Source: Polyangiaceae bacterium (GTDB taxonomy: Bacteria > Myxococcota_A > Polyangia > Polyangiales > Polyangiaceae). Taken from it: a stretch of DNA of 64,000 nucleotides. The notes under the pieces are model-generated. The model did not search any database. It saw only the letters and a list, made by a program, of their open reading frames with translations, and was not told the DNA's origin. Numbering within the stretch: position 1 is the first letter of the stretch; every line of letters starts with the position of its first letter. The position numbers and the translations under genes were made by a program. The stretch is from the NCBI GenBank assembly GCA_965222375.1, contig CBDCTZ010000013.1, positions 769,207-833,206 of the forward strand, in the 5' to 3' direction. This document shows positions 57,039 to 64,000 of the stretch, piece after piece.

Positions 57039-57941
57039 ATGCATCGACACAAACCGTCCGCGCTTACCTGGGCCACCACGGCGCTGCTTGCAGCCGGCAC
57101 CGCCCTGGGCCAACCCAAGGGCCTCGTCGTCGCCGGCGTCGACTACGTGGCCCCGACCCGCGGCAAGGACGCCGCCGTGGGCGAATCCCGCGAAGTCGGC
57201 GTTACGGATACCCAGCTCAGCCTGAACTACGGGCTCAAGTTGGGGAAAGGCACGATCGTCGCGCCCGGCATCAAGTATCGATTCGTCGACATTCAGACGG
57301 AAAATCAACCGATCCCCGTAGACCGACTCCATTCCCTGCTGCTCAACACCGCATGGATCCAGAAGTTCGGTGAGCGCTGGCGCGGCATGTTCATCGCCGG
57401 CGTGGGGCTCGCGTCCGACTTTGAAGACGACCTGCATGAGGACGACGTCGTTTTTGTCTTCCGAGGAGTGGGTAGCTACGAATTCAGTGACGACTTTTCC
57501 CTCGGCGCCGGGGTTGGCTACGACCGGCGAACTGGCAAGTTCCAGCCCCTTCCACTCGTATCCCTTAACTGGCATTTCGCCCCCCGCTGGAGGCTGGCGG
57601 GAATCGCTCCCGTTCACGTCGAACTCGGCTTCCGAGCTTCGGAGCGAGTGACAACGGGCATCGTAGGCGGTCTGACCGGAGATCGCTTTCACCTCGGCGC
57701 GGAAAATATCGGCGCTGACCGCGTGGATCTAGCCTACTCGGTGGCCAAGGTGGGGCCCCACGTGACCATGCACTTTGGAAAGGCCTTTCACCTTCAACTC
57801 CGATCCGGCATCGCCTTCTTGCGCCGCTTTGAAGGCTTCGTTGACGACGAGCCAGTAACCGGGCGCTACCTCAAAGAGGCTGCCTACTTCGGCGCTGCGT
57901 TCTGGCTGGGCCCCAGTGGTTGGAGGAGCGGCACCGAATAG
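57039..57941 (+). CDS. Outer-membrane beta-barrel protein (DUF6268-like)
   Basis: Signal peptide, alternating beta-strands, GLASDF, LGAGVGY, PLPLVSLNW. Confidence 0.7.
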   Translation: MHRHKPSALTWATTALLAAGTALGQPKGLVVAGVDYVAPTRGKDAAVGESREVGVTDTQLSLNYGLKLGKGTIVAPGIKYRFVDIQTENQPIPVDRLHSLLLNTAWIQKFGERWRGMFIAGVGLASDFEDDLHEDDVVFVFRGVGSYEFSDDFSLGAGVGYDRRTGKFQPLPLVSLNWHFAPRWRLAGIAPVHVELGFRASERVTTGIVGGLTGDRFHLGAENIGADRVDLAYSVAKVGPHVTMHFGKAFHLQLRSGIAFLRRFEGFVDDEPVTGRYLKEAAYFGAAFWLGPSGWRSGTE

Positions 57942-58027
57942 CTCCGGTTCGGCGCTTCAGGCGGACCAGGGCCAATCTAGATTGAATGGTTGGTTTGGGG
58001 TCGCGAAAATGGGGTGAGCCGGTTGCA

Positions 58028-59317
58028 CTACTCTCGCCCTGGCGCCTGCGATTGCGCAACCACGCGGCTGCCGTCGCGGTCTTGGTAGATGCGACTCAGA
58101 AACCGCTCGACCCCCTCGACTACCCGCACACTGCGCGGAGAATAGAAGATGTCGAACGCGTGCTGTGCACCGGGCAGCTCGGCGTATACGACCGCGGCGC
58201 GGGAACGCTCGCGAAGCCGCCGCACCAGCTCGCGAGCATATTGAACTGGTGCCAGAGTGTCTCGATCACCGTGAATCACGAAGAAGGGCGGTGCATCTTC
58301 ACTCACGCGATCGAGAGGGGATGCCTGGTGAAACTTCTCCGGCTCCTCAGCTAGCTTCGCTTTCATCACCAGCGGCTCGATGAGCATCGAGAAAAACTCG
58401 GGCCCGTAGAGTTTCAGTCGATCGACGAAACAATACACGCCGTAGAACGGCACGGCCGCTTGGACCCGTGTATCCGCCGACTCGAATCCAGGTTGGTAGC
58501 TCGGATCGTTTTGGGTGAGCGCCATCAGCGCGGTCAAATGTCCGCCCGCCGAGCCCCCGGTCACCACGACGAAATCTGGATCAACGCCGTATTCGTCCGC
58601 GTGCTCCCGGATCCACGCCAGCGCGCGTTTGATGTCGACCAAGTGATCCGGGAAGGTCGCGCGTGGACTGAGTCGATAGTCGACATTGAACCCGACCCAG
58701 CCGTGACTGGCCAGGTGGTAGAGCAACGGCAGCCCCTGATCGCGCCGGCTGCCGAGCACCCACCCGCCACCATGGATTTGCAGCACCGCGGGCCGCTTGC
58801 TCCCCGCTTTCGCAGGTTGATACACATCGAGCAACAGTCGCTTCTTGCCCACCCGCGAATACTCGACGCCACGAGTTCGCTTGACGCCGCGTCGGCCCAT
58901 CAGCAGCGGCGTGACCAGCTTCGTCCACGGCACCCGCGGCCAGTGGTCGAAGGGTTGCAGCTCCGCAAGCGCGCCCCGCACCACGCCCTCAGCCTGTCGA
59001 GCGCTGACCCACATGACTACGAGCGCTACCCAGGAGATCGTGGTGACGCCCAGGGCCACCCAACCCGGCGCATGCTCCAGCGCCCCCAGCCACACGAACA
59101 CCAAGGTCGAGGCCAACTGCCACACGAACTGATGGGCGACCATTTCGCCAACGATCCACGAGCTCAAGAACGCAGGAATCAGCAGAACCCGTCCACCCTT
59201 GATCGGGCGCAGAGCGTTGAGGGTGAAACCCGCTCCCGCCAAGGAAACAGCGAGAAAGAGCCAGGCAACATAGGGTTGAAGGGTGTCGAACCAAGCAGGC
59301 ACGATGCAGGCAAACAT
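58028..59317 (-). CDS. Membrane-anchored alpha/beta hydrolase (HSL-like esterase)
   Basis: IHGGGW, YRLSP, GGSAGGHL, HGDRD, QHAFD; N-terminal TMs; start uncertain (59302-59332). Confidence 0.9.
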   Translation of the reverse strand: MFACIVPAWFDTLQPYVAWLFLAVSLAGAGFTLNALRPIKGGRVLLIPAFLSSWIVGEMVAHQFVWQLASTLVFVWLGALEHAPGWVALGVTTISWVALVVMWVSARQAEGVVRGALAELQPFDHWPRVPWTKLVTPLLMGRRGVKRTRGVEYSRVGKKRLLLDVYQPAKAGSKRPAVLQIHGGGWVLGSRRDQGLPLLYHLASHGWVGFNVDYRLSPRATFPDHLVDIKRALAWIREHADEYGVDPDFVVVTGGSAGGHLTALMALTQNDPSYQPGFESADTRVQAAVPFYGVYCFVDRLKLYGPEFFSMLIEPLVMKAKLAEEPEKFHQASPLDRVSEDAPPFFVIHGDRDTLAPVQYARELVRRLRERSRAAVVYAELPGAQHAFDIFYSPRSVRVVEGVERFLSRIYQDRDGSRVVAQSQAPGRE

Positions 59318-59408
59318 GCACCCGTCTCGCATTTTGTAAAGTCGCTAGATTTGCGGGTGAACGCGAGGGCAGTTCCACATGCAGAAGTTGGCTGCCAAAG
59401 GGGCTGAT

Positions 59409-59700
59409 GCGTCGCGAACGAATTGGAGCACGTAGGATGGTTGTGCGTAGACTCGCGGGGGCCCGGAGCGCCAGAGTCGCTGGAGCACGCGTGCGATCCG
59501 TGTCCTGCGTGCCTCGCGCGGTGCATCACTGGGTACAGCTCGCGGGGAAGCTTCCCCCGCCGCGCCTCCTCGCTCCGGGGCCCCGGTCGCACTGCTCGTG
59601 GAGGTGGCTGCTGGAGAGCTAACGCGTCGCGAACGTGTTGGTGCTTCACGCGCACGCCCGCCGTCGTGCTCACGCTCGCCGTCGCGCTCACGCTCACGCC
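59409..59700. other. Structured intergenic element flanked by direct repeats
   Basis: GCGTCGCGAACG at 59409-20 and 59624-35; inner 14/15 inverted repeat 59456-70 / 59571-85; hairpin 59542-60; 18-bp tandem units near 59653-59690. Confidence 0.45.
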
Positions 59701-59704
59701 AAAA

Positions 59705-60109
59705 CTAGGCTACGCGTCGTACGCTGCTCGGTACTTCTTGTTCTTCGGCTTCGCGGGATTCGACTCGAAGCTCTGCATCGTACATTGCCGCAAGTTGCTC
59801 CAGAGCGAGATTAGCGGACTCGCTCAGCACAATGACGCGACCCAATTCCCACAAGGAAATCAGCATCGCCCCACGAGCCAGGGTCCGCTCGCGACCGGAA
59901 TCGGTCCCCACCACCAGCACACACATGCGCACCCGCCGGGGCAGCTCGCCGCGTTCGATGCCCCCGGTCACGCGCGCCGCAAAGGCCGCTGGGACCTCGC
60001 CAGCTCCCTCGGCGCGGACGAAGATGCTGGACTCGGCGCCCAGTTCGGCGTCCATCCAAGAGGGCAGAGCGGTACCTCGCTCCAGAACTACGACGGCTTC
60101 GTTATGCAT
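59705..60109 (-). CDS. Hypothetical protein
   Basis: 134-aa ORF with alpha/beta-like composition filling an otherwise empty gap. Confidence 0.55.
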   Translation of the reverse strand: MHNEAVVVLERGTALPSWMDAELGAESSIFVRAEGAGEVPAAFAARVTGGIERGELPRRVRMCVLVVGTDSGRERTLARGAMLISLWELGRVIVLSESANLALEQLAAMYDAELRVESREAEEQEVPSSVRRVA

Positions 60110-60346
60110 GGCGGATCGGATCGTGGCACGCGCCCCGCAAAGCGGGCCAAAAGTCCGGCGCGAGTACGGGCCCGAAACGGGTCCGCACGAGCCCCAGAGC
60201 GACGCGTTTAAATACCTGATTTCATTGATCTTTTTCTGCAATCTCGAAACTGGCTGTTAGGCGCGCCGCGACGCTGCGTTGTCCATTGGGCGAAAAAAAT
60301 GCGGTCACGGATCGGCGACACTCAGCCACAGGGGAAGAGAGGACAC

Positions 60347-60940
60347 ATGGGGCATTCGGCGGAAGCAGGAACGAGCGCGGCAGGGAGTGAACGGCCGCAG
60401 GTGTCACCCGAGGACCAGGCCATCATCGGTGCCATCGCCGACGGCAGGCATCGAGAGGCGCTTTCTCTCTGTGCCAGGCAGCATGGCGCGGCGATCGGGC
60501 GATTGTGCATGGCGCTAACGGGCTCCAGCTCGGAGGCCGACGACCTGACTCAGGAGACCCTTCTCGATGCGCACGCCGGTTTCGGCGGATACCGCGCGGA
60601 AGGCTCACTCAGGGCATGGCTTTTGACCATTGCTCGGCGCAAGTGCGCACGACATATCGAAAAGTCTTCCCGACAGCGCTCGCGTCTACGACTCGTCGTA
60701 GACGCTTCGCGCACGGACACAACCGAGGAACTCGTCGTCTTGAGGCAACGAGCTGAGAAGGCTCGCGCCATGCTGGAACAGGTCCGGCCGAGCGAACGAG
60801 AGGCCCTTTGGCTGCGCTACGGCAGCGAACTGTCATTTCGGGAAGTGGGACAAGCCTGCGGCATCGAAGAAGCCGCCGCACGAAAACGAGTTTCGAGGGC
60901 GCTCTGCAAATTGCGGGATGTCGCTGGGAGTAAGGAGTAA
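60347..60940 (+). CDS. ECF RNA polymerase sigma-70 factor
   Basis: Region 2 EADDLTQETLL...LRAWLLTIARRK; region 4 REALWLRY..ELSFREVG...AARKRVSRA; GAGG RBS. Confidence 0.92.
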   Translation: MGHSAEAGTSAAGSERPQVSPEDQAIIGAIADGRHREALSLCARQHGAAIGRLCMALTGSSSEADDLTQETLLDAHAGFGGYRAEGSLRAWLLTIARRKCARHIEKSSRQRSRLRLVVDASRTDTTEELVVLRQRAEKARAMLEQVRPSEREALWLRYGSELSFREVGQACGIEEAAARKRVSRALCKLRDVAGSKE

Positions 60941-60944
60941 GACG

Positions 60945-63900
60945 ATGACCGAGGAAGACACCACGCTGTGCGCCAAGGTGGAGGACCACCTCAGCGAGAT
61001 CCTCGACGGAACCGCTGCGGAGGAACTATTCGACCATGTGGCGGACTGTGATGCCTGCCGGGACCTCCGCTACGAGGGGGAGCGGCTGGCAGAGCTGGTC
61101 GCTTCGGCTGGAGCCGACTATGTCGCGCAAGACGACCTGGAGGCGCGGGTGCTCGCCGAACTCGATCGTCGCAGCGGTAGTTCCGCAGACGCCAACGGTA
61201 GCCAAGTCGCCACCCCTCAGGCCCCTTCAAATGCCACGGCGCCAAGCGCCGTTCCCGCGGCGTCTGCGGAGGTGACGGGCGGCGCGAAGAGCGACCTTGG
61301 AGACGGACAAGACAGCAGCGCAGCTCCCGACTCTGCACCGCCCATCACCGCCCGTATGGACGAACCTGCCGCAGTCACGGCGGATCGCCACGACACCCTC
61401 AAGAGTGAAAACCCCAAGGCGAAAACCGAGGAGATGCCCGCGGCACCGGCGCCCACCGCCCCAGGGACCCAAGGGGCGGCTGAGGGGAGCAAGATCGACG
61501 AACGCCCCAAGCCTGTGGCCACCCGCTCGCGTGGAAAACTGATGCTGCTGGCGGGCGGTGGTCTTGCCGGGCTTGCAGCTGCTGCGGCAGCTGTCGTGAT
61601 GTTGCGGGGCGGCGCTCCGAGCTTGGGCGGCAGCGACGGCGATGGTTGGAGCGGCAAGGTGTCGCACATCGTGAGTGCCAGTGGCGAAAAGACCGGCCTG
61701 AGCGTGTGCACATCCGATGATGAGTGCACGGCTCTGTCCGCGGAAAGCGACGTCGAAGCCGGGCGCGCTCTGGTCACGGATGGCACGACGCGCGCTCAGC
61801 TCACCATGGCCGACGGCACCAAGGTGACCTTGGATCACTCCACACGCCTCGAGCTCTCCGATGACACCGGTCGCCGTGCCAAGTTGGCCCGAGGCGGCCT
61901 GGTGGCGGACGTCGCCAAAGTCGAAGGAAAACAGGTTCGCTTCGACCTGCCCAAGGGTCACGTGAATGTCCTGGGGACCAAGTTGGCGATCAAAGTCCTC
62001 GACGACAGCGCCAGCGTGGATGTAAGTCGCGGCAAGGTCGAGCTCGTGGATGCGGAAGATCGCAAAGTCACGGTTCGAGCGGGAGAAGAGGGGCGCCTGC
62101 TCGCTGGCTCTCCGCCCTTCGTGAGCCCTGCACCATCCCTGGGTGAAGCCCTCGCCTGGAGCGAAGCCGCTTCCGCGGAAAGCGAGGCTGAAGACGTGCC
62201 CGCGCGCGGCCTAGGTGAGCTCAAGGCCAAGAAGCCCGGGGACAAGACCGAGCGTTCCGGTGCAGTGACCCTCACCTCGCATTCGGTGAAAGTCCGCATT
62301 GCCGGAGTCATGGCCCGCACGGAGGTCGACGAGACCTTCACCAACAACACGGACGAGGTCCTGGAGGGGATCTACCGCTTTCCGATCCCGCCGGACGCCA
62401 AGATTGAGCGGCTGGCCCTCGAAGTCGACGGCAAGCTAGAGGAGGGCGCCTTCGTCGACCGCGATCGCGCGGCTTCGATTTGGCGCGGAGCCATCGTCAA
62501 CGCGGCTCCCAAGCTGCGTCGGCAGATCCGTGACGAAATCGTGTGGGTACCCGGCCCGTGGAAAGACCCGGCCTTGCTAGAGTGGCAGCGCGGGGGTCGT
62601 TTCGAGCTGCGCATCTATCCGATCCCGAAGCGCGGCGCGCGGCGCGTCGTGCTTGCGTACACCCAGATGCTCAAGCCCACGGGTGGGGTACGCCGCTATA
62701 GTTATCCCCTGCCCCACGATCCGAGCGGGTCGACGAAGGTCGAACGCTTCAGCGTAGATGCGGAAGTTCGGGGCCACGACCAAGGCTTTGGGGTCAAGAG
62801 CAGCGGCTACGAACTCGCTTCTTCGAAGTCGGGCAACGTCCAGCGCCTTGACATGAAGGCAACGAACTTCGTACCGAGTGGCGACCTGACCCTAGAGCTC
62901 GCCTTGCCGGGTCGAGATGCCGAGCTCTCGGCGTGGGCCTATCGTCCAAGCGACCAAGCCCGAGCAAAACCCGTTTCCGGGAAGGCCCAGGCGCTAGCCA
63001 AGACCGCGGACAAATCCAAGGCCGCCCTCGACGCGGCAGAGGCAACCAACGCTTCGGACGCCTACGTTGCATTGGCGCTACGGCCGAAGCTGCCGCGAGC
63101 CCGAGAGAACGTGAAGCGCACCTTCGCTATCGTCGTGGATGCGAGTCGCTCGATGTACGGCGAGAGCTACCGTCGCGCGATCGCGGTGGCAGAGAAGACC
63201 GTGCGCGAGCTCGACCGCGGCGACCGATTCACGGTTCTCGCCTGCGACACCTCCTGCCGCACGATGACCGGCGGCCCCCGCCAACCAAGCTCCCAAGCCG
63301 CCCTGGAAGCGCGACGTTTCCTCGAGGGTTCGAGCCCTGAGGGCGCCTCGGACCCGACCGCTGCACTTGCTGCGGCTCGTAGAGCTGCGCAGGGCGGAGA
63401 GGGTTCGGTGCGTATCGTGTACATCGGCGACGGAACGCCGACGGTAGGTCCCATCCGACCGGCTTACGTGACGCGTGCCGTACAAGCCGCAGTGCCACCA
63501 GGTTCCGGTACGGTCACGGCAGTCGCCATCGGTGCCGACTCGGACTTGGACTCCCTCAGTGCCCTGTCCCGCGGCGGCGGCGGCGTGGTGCTGCCCTACG
63601 TGCCTGGCCAGACGACGGCAGAAGTCGCGTTCGCCGTACTCGGCGCGTCCTACGGGACAACCCTGCAAGACGTTACCGTGGAACTGCCCGCGGCGCTCAC
63701 CGCAGTGGCGCCCAAACGCCTCGACACCATCGTCGCCGGCGGGGAGCAGCTAGTGGTGGCGCGGATGAAGACAAAAGAGCTAGACGGAACCGTGGTTCTG
63801 CGCGGCCGGGTCGGCAAGGAGCGGTTCGAGCAGCGCTACCCAATCCGGCTACTTGCGAGCACCGCCAAGGGCAACGCTTTCGTTCCGCGGCTGTTCGCCG

Positions 63901-64000
63901 CGACGCGCATCGCCGACCTGGAACGTGAGACTGTCGCCGAGGCGAAGAAGGAGGCCATCAAGCTCTCCAGCGAGTTCGACGTGGCCAGTCGCTACACGTC
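60945..64000 (+). CDS. Zn-anti-sigma / TM / FecR-like / VIT / vWA fusion protein (3' end outside the window)
   Basis: AAGGAG RBS; HVADCDAC (HxxxCxxC); TM ~61539-61605; FecR-like TDGTTRAQLTMADGT..VLGTK..VSRGKV; VIT ARTEVDETFTN...LEGIYRFPIP...DPALLEW...RIYPIP; vWA VVDASRS (MIDAS) and YIGDG; no stop seen before the window end. Confidence 0.85.
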   Translation, partial: MTEEDTTLCAKVEDHLSEILDGTAAEELFDHVADCDACRDLRYEGERLAELVASAGADYVAQDDLEARVLAELDRRSGSSADANGSQVATPQAPSNATAPSAVPAASAEVTGGAKSDLGDGQDSSAAPDSAPPITARMDEPAAVTADRHDTLKSENPKAKTEEMPAAPAPTAPGTQGAAEGSKIDERPKPVATRSRGKLMLLAGGGLAGLAAAAAAVVMLRGGAPSLGGSDGDGWSGKVSHIVSASGEKTGLSVCTSDDECTALSAESDVEAGRALVTDGTTRAQLTMADGTKVTLDHSTRLELSDDTGRRAKLARGGLVADVAKVEGKQVRFDLPKGHVNVLGTKLAIKVLDDSASVDVSRGKVELVDAEDRKVTVRAGEEGRLLAGSPPFVSPAPSLGEALAWSEAASAESEAEDVPARGLGELKAKKPGDKTERSGAVTLTSHSVKVRIAGVMARTEVDETFTNNTDEVLEGIYRFPIPPDAKIERLALEVDGKLEEGAFVDRDRAASIWRGAIVNAAPKLRRQIRDEIVWVPGPWKDPALLEWQRGGRFELRIYPIPKRGARRVVLAYTQMLKPTGGVRRYSYPLPHDPSGSTKVERFSVDAEVRGHDQGFGVKSSGYELASSKSGNVQRLDMKATNFVPSGDLTLELALPGRDAELSAWAYRPSDQARAKPVSGKAQALAKTADKSKAALDAAEATNASDAYVALALRPKLPRARENVKRTFAIVVDASRSMYGESYRRAIAVAEKTVRELDRGDRFTVLACDTSCRTMTGGPRQPSSQAALEARRFLEGSSPEGASDPTAALAAARRAAQGGEGSVRIVYIGDGTPTVGPIRPAYVTRAVQAAVPPGSGTVTAVAIGADSDLDSLSALSRGGGGVVLPYVPGQTTAEVAFAVLGASYGTTLQDVTVELPAALTAVAPKRLDTIVAGGEQLVVARMKTKELDGTVVLRGRVGKERFEQRYPIRLLASTAKGNAFVPRLFAATRIADLERETVAEAKKEAIKLSSEFDVASRYT

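Overview
GC-rich, gene-dense bacterial window whose gene content (Gly-rich Cys-rich lipoproteins, Hanks-type Ser/Thr kinase, AgmX/PglI-like, FHA, DUF362, ECF sigma) points to a myxobacterium, probably Polyangiaceae-like (inference). About 55 CDS and 5 decayed genes or fragments. I found no rRNA, tRNA, CRISPR array, transposase or phage genes. Best candidates for undescribed systems: (1) an Hsp70 nucleotide-binding domain with no substrate-binding domain, fused to a HEAT-repeat protein and coupled to a catalytically dead HD-GYP-like protein; (2) an ECF sigma factor followed by a >1000-aa Zn-anti-sigma/TM/FecR/VIT/vWA fusion that the ORF track misses because it runs off the window; (3) a lipoprotein ending in a Hint autoprocessing domain without the terminal His-Asn; (4) a lectin-like lipoprotein / Ser-Thr kinase / exported partner cassette. 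Also seen: a family of lipobox + Gly-linker + variable-head lipoproteins, a run of three frameshifted genes, recurring leaderless-type -10 boxes including a palindromic bidirectional one, and two highly structured intergenic regions. All family assignments come from motif recognition by eye, not database searches, and several start codons are my estimates.
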